In this document: positions 37,291 to 45,481 of the stretch, piece after piece
Position numbering within the stretch: the stretch's first letter is position 1
Layout of the letters: every line of letters begins with the position of its first letter
Source: Candidatus Pacearchaeota archaeon
GTDB lineage: Archaea; Nanobdellota; Nanobdellia; Pacearchaeales; GW2011-AR1
Reading direction: 5' to 3'
DNA length: 64,000 bases
Assembly: GCA_041649045.1 (NCBI GenBank)
Contig: JBAZNV010000002.1
Coordinates: 50,336-114,335, forward strand
Notes under the pieces: generated by a model
Seen by the model: only the letters and a program-made list of their open reading frames with translations
Databases searched by the model: none
Told to the model about the DNA's origin: nothing
Made by a program: the position numbers and the translations under genes

Positions 37291-38439
37291 TTAACTATAA
37301 AACGGTCCCGCTTTTACTCCAACTTGGCCGTAATGGAAATTTCTTTGATTTTTCCCATATTCGTCGAAAACTTTTCCAATAACTGGAGACACAAGAACTC
37401 CCATCATAGGTTGCCATGTTCTGAAAACAAAGGGTACATTTTCATAAACAATCGGTTCAAAAGTAATTGTTCCGAACCACCGCGGATCAATAAAACCAGC
37501 ATGGTCTCCTTTAACATCACCATATCTTGGGTCGATAGGTCTTGTTACCATTAATAAATCTGGAGGACAATGTAAAATTTCTGCACTTGATGATAAAAAG
37601 AATTCGCTAGGATCTACTACAAATTCATCGCTTTTAATGCCATCTAAACTAATAGGTTTAAAAAATCTTTCGAGACGATTTGTTTTACCTTTTCTAATAT
37701 CAAGAATTTTTTTGGTTTTTTTAGCTACATATGAAACGACGCCGGCATCATTTGGAAAACTGTTTGAATAATGAAGGACAATCGCATTGCCACAAAAATC
37801 AATTTTATCAAGCGGGGCTTCGTTTCCTTCTCTGTCAAAAATCATATTTACCAAAGGAACTCTTTGACGATTTTCTAGAACGCCTATTGTAGGATTTGGA
37901 CGCGCTCTATATTTTAAAATATAATCTATTATATCTTTTGCGCTGAATTGGATTTCCTCAAAAGGAGCATTTGCAAATCTAATTTGATTAAGTGGCATAT
38001 ATGGAGCTATTTTCGTTCTTCCTCTTCGGCAAGTTATTTCTGCCGAAATCGGTCCGCGATATCCTGCAGGAATCACATCATACGCTTCCGGACAATCATC
38101 AGCTATTAATCGAACATTTATTCCCGCACGACCAGATCTACTTTTTGGATTAGAGAACCCTCTTTCTTCGGGCGATAGGTTAAGTCTTTCAATATAACGA
38201 ACACGATAAACAAACCCTGGCTCCAAAATAAAACCATCTGTGAGTTTTCTTTTTTCTCCTTGATTTTCAGAAAAACGATCTGCTCTATCGTTCACATAAA
38301 CTTCATTTCCAATTCTCGCTTCATAACTTGCTGGCTGAATATTTTCTTTTGAAATAGGTAATCGATAATCTGAGAAAATTCTTCCACGAGAAACCATTTC
38401 TCCAATTTTTGATTGGGCATAAAATCCTCTACTTTTCAT
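37291..38439 (-). CDS. dcd: dCTP deaminase, long duplicated-domain type
   Basis: IQPASYE, NPKSRSGR, GYRG, LNQIRF and HAGFIDP..GTITFE motifs. Confidence 0.8.
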   Translation of the reverse strand: MKSRGFYAQSKIGEMVSRGRIFSDYRLPISKENIQPASYEARIGNEVYVNDRADRFSENQGEKRKLTDGFILEPGFVYRVRYIERLNLSPEERGFSNPKSRSGRAGINVRLIADDCPEAYDVIPAGYRGPISAEITCRRGRTKIAPYMPLNQIRFANAPFEEIQFSAKDIIDYILKYRARPNPTIGVLENRQRVPLVNMIFDREGNEAPLDKIDFCGNAIVLHYSNSFPNDAGVVSYVAKKTKKILDIRKGKTNRLERFFKPISLDGIKSDEFVVDPSEFFLSSSAEILHCPPDLLMVTRPIDPRYGDVKGDHAGFIDPRWFGTITFEPIVYENVPFVFRTWQPMMGVLVSPVIGKVFDEYGKNQRNFHYGQVGVKAGPFYS

Positions 38440-38492
38440 TTTCTTTTATCAATATCTCATTTTTTAAAAACTACTACACTCAAAAATATATA

Positions 38493-38920
38493 TTAATTTC
38501 CCGTACTTCCGAAATTTCCTGCTCCCCTTTCTGTTTCAGATAGTTCTTGAACTTCTTGGATTTGGGCGGTTGCGACTGGTTGAATAACGACTTGGGCAAT
38601 TCTATCGCCTGTTTTGATTTCGAAAGATTCTTCTCCGGTGTTTAATAAGACTACAATATACTCACCTCTATAAGTATACTCGATTACACCACCTAAAACA
38701 GTTATTCCTTTTTTAGCTGCAAGCCCGCCCTGTCTCTAATTGATGCAAAGTATCCTGCGGGGAATTCCATCGCGATTCCTGTCGAAATCATTTGTCTTTT
38801 TCCTGCATGTATCGTGTAATTTTCTGTTGAGTGTAAATCCAGTGCGGCGTCTCCCTCGTGAGCATATTTTGGAATAATCGCGTTTTGTTTTAATTTTTTG
38901 ATTTTAATTTCTACGTTCAT
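38493..38920 (-). pseudogene. dut: Trimeric dUTPase with a 1-nt deletion near 38722-38732
   Basis: First frame gives GDAALDL...SIRDR; the -1 frame continues GLAAKKGITVLGGVIEYTYRGE...GDRIAQ...ERGAGNFGSTGN*. Span is 428 nt, one base short of 143 codons. Confidence 0.85.
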
Positions 38921-38981
38921 TTTTTGAAAAATGATTTTAAGTTTTTATATTTTGTTGTAATAAATTTTAATTATTTTTTAT

Positions 38982-39359
38982 TTACTTTATTTTTGTAAAT
39001 CTTTTTACTCTATTCCCATCAGGCAGTTCTTTGTAGCCTATAAAATCATCAATTGTTCTAATCCAAATTGTTCCATTTGGGAAATTGTCTAATCCATAAA
39101 GTTGTTCATAGACTACATATTTTCTGTCAGAGCGTCCATTATTCAAGAGGGAGTTACGAGGAGAATTTTTTTTAATTAAAACATCGTATTCATCATTCGG
39201 ATTGTCACAATCTCTTGCCTGGATGACTGAATAATTTGTTGCTATTTCGTTGATTAAGGGGAGGTGTTTGCATTCAGTGGCAATGGCAATTATTTTATAA
39301 ATTTTTTCAGGACTTTTAAAATGTCTGTATTTTTCTCCAATTTTCGGCTCTTCGTTCAT
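38982..39359 (-). CDS. DUF1653-like protein
   Basis: GEKYRHFK..YKIIAIA...YVVYEQLY...IWIR...F...RF pattern with an internal insertion. Confidence 0.7.
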   Translation of the reverse strand: MNEEPKIGEKYRHFKSPEKIYKIIAIATECKHLPLINEIATNYSVIQARDCDNPNDEYDVLIKKNSPRNSLLNNGRSDRKYVVYEQLYGLDNFPNGTIWIRTIDDFIGYKELPDGNRVKRFTKIK

Positions 39360-40057
39360 GCTCTAACCTCCGCGCTTTCAAAATATTTTTCAGCAACCTT
39401 TTTTAACTGATTCAAATATCCCTCGCCAACATCCGGCTCCAGAACAAAACTTTCATCCACAAAATTTCCCTTATTCTTGAAACCTTGCAAGAAATATTTT
39501 TTTGGTTTTCCATCGCAAAGCTCGTTAATCCATTTTCCTAAATTTTCTATTTCCTTAAAATCATGAAATTTTTTCACTATTGTGGTTCTGAATTCATAAT
39601 TTCCAAATTTGTGAATTAATTTTATTGATTCTTCAATCTTTTTTATATCAATTTTAGAAGCCGTGATCTCGCCATATTTTTCTTCGCTTCCTTTAATATC
39701 CATTGCGATATAGTCGACCAAACGCTCATCAATTATTTTTTCTAATTTTTCCGGGAAGTTTCCGTTGGTGTCTATTTTTATCAGATATCCAAGTTCCCTT
39801 ATTTTTTTTAAAAATTCCAAATCTATATCAATCAAAGGCTCTCCACCGGTTATGCAAACAGCCTCAAGTTTTTCTTTTCGTTTTATCAAAAATTCTATTA
39901 TCGCTTGTTCAGAAAAATTTCCTTGTTCTTTTTTTATAACTAAATTCGGATTATAACAAAATCCACAGCGGAAGTTGCATCCCCATAAAAAAATCGTGCA
40001 GGCTATCTTGGAAGGATAGTCGATTAAAGTTGTTTTTTGCAATCCTGCGATTTTCAT
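39356..40057 (-). CDS. nrdG: Anaerobic RNR activating radical-SAM enzyme
   Basis: GCNFRCGFCYN, ITGGEP, IDTNG, YIAMDIK. Confidence 0.92.
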   Translation of the reverse strand: MKIAGLQKTTLIDYPSKIACTIFLWGCNFRCGFCYNPNLVIKKEQGNFSEQAIIEFLIKRKEKLEAVCITGGEPLIDIDLEFLKKIRELGYLIKIDTNGNFPEKLEKIIDERLVDYIAMDIKGSEEKYGEITASKIDIKKIEESIKLIHKFGNYEFRTTIVKKFHDFKEIENLGKWINELCDGKPKKYFLQGFKNKGNFVDESFVLEPDVGEGYLNQLKKVAEKYFESAEVRA

Positions 40058-40169
40058 GCGAAGTAAAAGCCCGCGGGATTTTTAAGGATGATTGTAATGA
40101 TAATCCATAACACATTATTTTCATAACTATCTTTTTGTAAAAATCATAATAAGCATTAAATCAACTTTT

Positions 40170-40198
40170 AAAAATAAAAAGAAGGGCAAAGCCCTCCA
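40170..40198 (-). terminator. Hairpin plus U-tract terminator after the nrdD glycyl-radical peptide gene
   Basis: Minus strand reads GAGGGC-TTT-GCCCTT-CTTTTTATTTTT. Confidence 0.6.
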
Positions 40199-40202
40199 AA
40201 AA

Positions 40203-40334
40203 TTAGCAATCGCAAGGACAGGAAAATACTGTTCGATCTTTGAATTCTTCCAGCTTTCCATCATTGAACTGAGATGTAGGCCTAAGGTATCCTACAACTC
40301 TGCTCCAAACTTCGCATTTCGTTCGTACTCCCAT
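40203..40334 (-). CDS. Stand-alone 43-aa NrdD glycyl-radical peptide (missed by ORF track)
   Basis: MGVRTKCEVWSRVVGYLRPTSQFNDGKLEEFKDRTVFSCPCDC*; RVxGY glycyl-radical motif; SD GGAGGTGA at 40337-40344. Confidence 0.85.
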   Translation of the reverse strand: MGVRTKCEVWSRVVGYLRPTSQFNDGKLEEFKDRTVFSCPCDC

Positions 40335-42438
40335 TATCACCTCCAGAGTTTATTTGAGATACCGATTTTTTTTCAGAGACATCATCTCCATACGAAATTT
40401 CTTCATTTATGTTTTCTTCCGGCGCCTTGAGCAAATTTTCATTAAATTCTTCATCGCATTTAGGGCAATACTCGTGTTCCCCGGGCAAATACCCATGAAT
40501 TGGGCATATCGAAAAAGTTGGCGTGATCGTGAAATATGGAAGATGGTATTTGGAAGATATTTTTTTTACTATTGCCTTGATAGAATCTTTACTCAACTTT
40601 TCTCCGACATAGGTGTGGAAAACCGTTCCTCCCGTATACTTGCATTGTAATTCATCTTGTAAATCCAAGGCTTCAAAAATATCATTCGTAAAATTAACAG
40701 GCAATTGAGTTGAATTCGTATAATAAGGCTTCGCTCCAGACTGGAATGCATTTTCGTTTGCGACATGGATTCTGCCAAATCTTTTTTTGTCAATTCTCGC
40801 AAACCTAAAAGTTGTTCCTTCCCCAGGCGTTGCTTCAAGATTGTAAATATTCCCAGTTTCTTTCTGGTATTCTTCGAGTTTTTTTCTCATAAAATCCAGA
40901 ATTTTCAGGCTAAAATTCCTTCCCCGGGTTGTTGCTATGCTTTCTCCCGGCATGAAATTTAGAATAGCCTCATTCATTCCCAAGAGTCCGATTGTAGCGA
41001 AATGATTTTTCCAATACTGACCGAATCTTTGATGAACCTGTCGGAGATAAAACTTTGAGTATGGATACAGACCAACTTCGGTAAACTTTTCGATAGTTTT
41101 CCTTTTAATTTCCAGACTTTCTTTCGAAAGTTCCATTAATCTTCCGAGACGATCTAAAAAATCTTCCTCATTTATCGAAACATATCCAAGTCGTGGCATG
41201 TTTATTGTAACTACTCCAATTGAACCCGTTTGAGGATTTGCGCCAAAAAGTCCTCCGCCTCTTTTCCTAAGTTCAACTTGATCAAGTCTAAGTCTACAGC
41301 ACATGCTTCTTGCGTCTTCTGGTTTCATATCTGAATTTACAAAGTTTGAAAAATAAGGGATGCCGTATTTTGCAGTCATTTCCCAGATATTATCAAAATC
41401 AGGATTATCCCAATCAAAATCTTTAGTAATATTGTAAGTCGGGATAGGAAACGTGAATACCTGCCCAGACGCATCTCCTTCAAGCATCACTTCACAAAAA
41501 GCTTTATTAATCATTTTTATTTCCTTTTCGAATTCCTTATATGTTTCTCTCTGGACCTCCCCGCCTATAACCACATGTTCATCTTTCATATATGTCGGAA
41601 CTTCCATGTCCATAGTTATGTTGGTAAATGGAGTCTGGAATCCCACGCGAGTCGGAACCGCTAAATTAAAAACAAATTCTTGCATGATTTGTTTCACCTG
41701 AGAATAATCAAGATTATCTTTTCTTATGAAAGGGGCAAGTAATGTATCAAAATTTGAAAAAGCCTGGGCTCCTGCGGTTTCACCTTGCAAAGTATAAAAG
41801 AAATTAACAATCTGCCCAAGTGCAGTTCTAAGATGCTTTGCAGGTTTACTTTCAACTTTTCCCTTCACGCCCTTGAATCCAACAGTTAGTAAATCTTTCA
41901 AGTCCCAGCCTACACAATATGCACCAAGTGTCCCCAAATCGTGGATATGAATGTCTCCTGCTTCGTGAGCTTTTCTTATAGCTTCAGGATAAATTCTTCT
42001 CATCCAATAATTAGAAATTATTTTTGTTGCTATATAATTATTAAGTCCCTGAAGGGAAAACCCCATATTAGAATTTTCTTTTACCATCCAGTCATTCAAT
42101 CCGATATAATCTTCAACCGCTTCAATCGTATCAAAAAGTCCCTTTACATTCCTAAGTTCTTCATGACTTTTTCTGTAAAGTATAAAAGCTTTGGCGACTT
42201 TTGCATGTCTTTCTTCTATTAATGTTTTTTCAACCAAATCTTGGACTTCCTCAACATCCGGGATACCATTTTCTCCATAAATTTCATTTAATCGAGTGAC
42301 CACGATTTTTGAAATTTGTTTCGCCCTTTCTTTATCGGTCCCACCTACTGCCTTTACCGCTTTCCAAATAGCCTCGGTAATTTTATCTTCCTGAAAAAAA
42401 ACTACGCTTCCATCTCTTTTTCTAATTTTTGTTGTCAT
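40282..42438 (-). CDS. nrdD: Class III anaerobic ribonucleotide reductase with ATP cone, lacking the glycyl-radical tail
   Basis: IRKRDG ATP cone, HIHDL..AYCVG, SMCCRL, ATPGEG, CPIHG...CPKC Zn site; no RVxGY in this frame. Confidence 0.95.
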   Translation of the reverse strand: MTTKIRKRDGSVVFFQEDKITEAIWKAVKAVGGTDKERAKQISKIVVTRLNEIYGENGIPDVEEVQDLVEKTLIEERHAKVAKAFILYRKSHEELRNVKGLFDTIEAVEDYIGLNDWMVKENSNMGFSLQGLNNYIATKIISNYWMRRIYPEAIRKAHEAGDIHIHDLGTLGAYCVGWDLKDLLTVGFKGVKGKVESKPAKHLRTALGQIVNFFYTLQGETAGAQAFSNFDTLLAPFIRKDNLDYSQVKQIMQEFVFNLAVPTRVGFQTPFTNITMDMEVPTYMKDEHVVIGGEVQRETYKEFEKEIKMINKAFCEVMLEGDASGQVFTFPIPTYNITKDFDWDNPDFDNIWEMTAKYGIPYFSNFVNSDMKPEDARSMCCRLRLDQVELRKRGGGLFGANPQTGSIGVVTINMPRLGYVSINEEDFLDRLGRLMELSKESLEIKRKTIEKFTEVGLYPYSKFYLRQVHQRFGQYWKNHFATIGLLGMNEAILNFMPGESIATTRGRNFSLKILDFMRKKLEEYQKETGNIYNLEATPGEGTTFRFARIDKKRFGRIHVANENAFQSGAKPYYTNSTQLPVNFTNDIFEALDLQDELQCKYTGGTVFHTYVGEKLSKDSIKAIVKKISSKYHLPYFTITPTFSICPIHGYLPGEHEYCPKCDEEFNENLLKAPEENINEEISYGDDVSEKKSVSQINSGGDNGSTNEMRSLEQSCRIP

Positions 42439-42590
42439 TAAGAAAGCCTCCTGTAGCCATATCGTAATCGATTGCTATTTGTAAATTTTTTTAAGCTAAC
42501 ATCGCCTCCAACATCAGTTCCCGAAGTTTTGTCTAAAAACTTTGAGCCTGTGTCTTCTCTTTCTGGACAAATCAATTCTTTTTTCCCCAT
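42438..42590 (-). CDS. 50-aa micro-ORF bridging nrdR and nrdD
   Basis: ATG directly follows the nrdR TAA; its TAA overlaps the nrdD ATG (TAATG). No recognisable homology. Confidence 0.4.
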   Translation of the reverse strand: MGKKELICPEREDTGSKFLDKTSGTDVGGDVSLKKFTNSNRLRYGYRRLS

Positions 42591-43034
42591 TTAATCTTCC
42601 AATTTTTTTATTTCTTCCTTGAAATCATCAACATCGGCAAAGTCTCGATATACTGCTGCAAAACGGATATATGCCACCTTATCAATTTTTTTTAATTTGT
42701 TCATTACAATTTCTCCAATTTTTGAACTTTTAATATCCTTGTCTTTTGCGATTCGATATATGTTCGCCTCAACATCATCAACAGCCAAATCAATTTGCTC
42801 ACTTGTGAACGGACGTTTTTCCAGATTTTTTGCGATTCCTTGATAAAGTTTATCTCTCGAAAACTTTTCTCTTCGTCCGTCTTTCTTGATGACATTCAAA
42901 TCCAGCTCTACGCGTTCATAAGTCGTGAATCTCTTCCCGCATTTAAGACATTCCCTTCTTCTTCTCGTTATAGAATCACAATCTCTTTTATCAGTAACTT
43001 TAGTATCCGGGTTTGTACAATATGGACATATCAT
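42591..43034 (-). CDS. nrdR: Transcriptional repressor NrdR
   Basis: CPYC...RRRRECLKCGKRFTTYE Zn ribbon, ATP cone, VAYIRFAAVYRDF. Confidence 0.97.
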   Translation of the reverse strand: MICPYCTNPDTKVTDKRDCDSITRRRRECLKCGKRFTTYERVELDLNVIKKDGRREKFSRDKLYQGIAKNLEKRPFTSEQIDLAVDDVEANIYRIAKDKDIKSSKIGEIVMNKLKKIDKVAYIRFAAVYRDFADVDDFKEEIKKLED

Positions 43035-43133
43035 TATGGAGATAAAATTTTAGAAGCGTTGCTTTTATCCGCAAGGATTCCATGATCCCAACTAACTAAA
43101 ATTTTTATAACCTCCACTTTGTTTATCATTAAT

Positions 43134-43181
43134 ATACAAGATATTGTATCTTGCACCTCATTTTTCCACAATCTGTTGTGG
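43134..43181. promoter_or_regulatory. Tandem NrdR boxes
   Basis: ATACAAGATATTGTAT (43134-43149) and CCACAATCTGTTGTGG (43166-43181) resemble the acaCwAtATaTwGtgt consensus and are 32 bp apart; TATA-like TTTAAA at 43210-43215. Confidence 0.8.
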
Positions 43182-43411
43182 ATACAAACTATTATAATCT
43201 CCAGGGCTATTTAAAGATTATTATAGTAGAAAAAATATTTTAAAATTTTAGTTACTTTTCTTTAGGAATTATGAAGATTTAAAAGCCTGTCTCATGCAAG
43301 TTTAGTTATTTCATAGATTTTTTCACGAATATTCTCGAGAACCCCTGCCATGAATTTTTTGGATTGCCGTTCCTCTTCGATTCACCAATACATCTGCAAA
43401 ATATACTTAGA

Positions 43412-44224
43412 TTATATGCATTCAAAAATTTTACACGCATTGCAGATTCCTTCGCGACTCGGCTCTCCGCATTTTTCACAGATTTTTATCTCGCGATGAT
43501 TCTCTACCCTTAACTTTGGAATCAACTTTTGAAAATTTTTCACGATTTTTTCCTTTTCTTTATTTGTTATATCTTTCATCCACTCTCTTGTGTCGACGCG
43601 GTACGTCCCGAAAGCACATGGGCATTTGTCGTACAAAATATCAAAATTATTTTTTTGTGCGTAGGCTCTAATCTCCGACTCCGGTACAAAAAAAAGCGGC
43701 TTTACTCTCTGAACGAAACCATCAATTTCCTTCCCGCCCGTCGCCGGCGAAGAATTTATTCCAAGCAAGATATTCCCCTTTAAGAAATTCATCAAAATGT
43801 TTTGCGCTTCATCGTCGAGATTGTGCCCGGTTACAAGTTTTTTTGCCCCAAGTTTTTTTGCCCAACGGTTCAGTACCCATCTTTTTATAATTCCGCAAAC
43901 AGTGCATCCGCTAAGGTTTTTCTGTTTTTTTAAAACAGATTTAATGAAACATATGCCTTGCCCCAACTCCTTTTTTAAATCAACGATAGTTAATTCCACA
44001 CAAATTTTATCACAAAAATTTTTCATTTTTTCGTTATGAATTTTTGACCATTCGCCAAGATTAAGATCTATCATGAGAGCCGAAACATTATATCCTTGTT
44101 TTTTTAAAATATAAAGAATCGAAGTCGAATCTTTTCCTCCCGACAAAGCTACGATTATTTTTTCTTTTTTATCAAGCAGATTATATTTTTTTATAGTTTG
44201 GCCTATTTTATTCTCGATATTCAT
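43412..44224 (-). CDS. tRNA 2-thiolation protein, TtuA/Ncs6/TtcA family
   Basis: PP-loop SGGKDS, CTVC, GHNLDDE and C-terminal CEKC...CNAC. Confidence 0.85.
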   Translation of the reverse strand: MNIENKIGQTIKKYNLLDKKEKIIVALSGGKDSTSILYILKKQGYNVSALMIDLNLGEWSKIHNEKMKNFCDKICVELTIVDLKKELGQGICFIKSVLKKQKNLSGCTVCGIIKRWVLNRWAKKLGAKKLVTGHNLDDEAQNILMNFLKGNILLGINSSPATGGKEIDGFVQRVKPLFFVPESEIRAYAQKNNFDILYDKCPCAFGTYRVDTREWMKDITNKEKEKIVKNFQKLIPKLRVENHREIKICEKCGEPSREGICNACKIFECI

Positions 44225-44386
44225 GAAAAGAAATTAGATATAGGGATTTTTAAGTTATTTGTTAACTAATTTCTAAATCACCAAGTCATTAAATATAAAA
44301 TCAACGATTGTAAAGTTTAATAAAAATTGTGATTATATTCCAAAGAATTGCCCAAAAGTTTATAAAGAAAATAAAATTCAACTTAT

Positions 44387-45373
44387 ATGAATTTAAGAAA
44401 AAGCGTTGGTGGTCCCATAAGAAGACTTAGAAAAAATTATTGGATAGTTTCAACTTTTGTTTTGGCGATTATTATTGTTGGCATGTTGATATTCGGACTG
44501 GTTAATTTCGGGGGGATTAATGCAAATGTTGTTGGGCAAAAAGTCGTCGAGTTCGCAAACTCACAGGGTGCTAACGCAGAACTTGTTTCTGTGGAAGAAG
44601 ATGGAGAATTGTTTAAAGTAATTCTTTCAATCGATAGTCAGGAATTTCCCGTTTATGTTACAAGAGACGGGAAAAATTTGGTTCCAAGCTTGATTCCACT
44701 TGAAACAACTATAACATCAGATACACAGCAACAAACTTCAACAGACATTCCAAAAAATGATAAGCCGATAATTGAAGCATTCGTTATGTCACACTGTCCT
44801 TATGGAACACAAATTGAAAAAGGTTTAATCCCGGTTGCAAATTTATTAAAAGATAAAATCGATTTCAAGATAAAATTCGTATATTATGCCATGCATCCTT
44901 CTCAGGGCGAGGTCCAAGAACAACTTAATCAATATTGTATTCAGGAAGAACAAAACGATAAGTATATCGATTACTTAACTTGCTTCCTTGATAAAGGCGA
45001 CGGCACTTCATGTATAACATCGACAGGTATTGATAAAACAAAATTGGCTGCTTGTGTTGAAAAAACAGATAAAGAATTTGCTGTTACAGAAAATTTAAAT
45101 GATAAAACAAAATGGCTAAGCGGAAATTACCCATTATTTAATATATATAAGGAAGATAATGAAAGATATGGTGTTGGCGGCTCGCCAACTTTAATAATCA
45201 ATGGGGTTGAGGCACAATCAGGAAGAGATTCAGCTTCGTTATTATCGACGATTTGCAGCGCTTTTAATGTTGCTCCTGAAGAATGTAATACACAACTATC
45301 TTCAGCACAACCTTCGCCTGGTTTTGGATTTTCTACAACTTCTAATACAAACAACGCTGCTCAATGCGGATAA
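44387..45373 (+). CDS. Membrane-anchored thioredoxin/DsbA-fold protein
   Basis: N-terminal TM helix, VYVTRDGK, FVMSHCPYG and GVGGSPTLIING cis-Pro loop. Confidence 0.75.
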   Translation: MNLRKSVGGPIRRLRKNYWIVSTFVLAIIIVGMLIFGLVNFGGINANVVGQKVVEFANSQGANAELVSVEEDGELFKVILSIDSQEFPVYVTRDGKNLVPSLIPLETTITSDTQQQTSTDIPKNDKPIIEAFVMSHCPYGTQIEKGLIPVANLLKDKIDFKIKFVYYAMHPSQGEVQEQLNQYCIQEEQNDKYIDYLTCFLDKGDGTSCITSTGIDKTKLAACVEKTDKEFAVTENLNDKTKWLSGNYPLFNIYKEDNERYGVGGSPTLIINGVEAQSGRDSASLLSTICSAFNVAPEECNTQLSSAQPSPGFGFSTTSNTNNAAQCG

Positions 45374-45481
45374 GATATTAAAATAATTCATCTAAACTAA
45401 ATTCAAAATCAAATTGTTTCCATCAATGGCCTCTTAAGATTCATAAAAAAATTCTAATTATTCCTTATAAAAATTTATACT

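Noticed and set aside
34525..39359. Prophage or integrative element around tRNA-Lys
   Set aside because: No integrase, capsid, terminase or distant att repeat is seen; only nucleotide-metabolism genes.
27560..42438. Inteins in RNAP or NrdD
   Set aside because: Protein lengths are normal or short, and no intein-like C...HN insertion or LAGLIDADG block is visible.
43292..43351. 19-aa minus-strand ORF (MAGVLENIREKIYEITKLA), possible gene remnant
   Set aside because: Too short, with an in-frame stop shortly upstream; no support.
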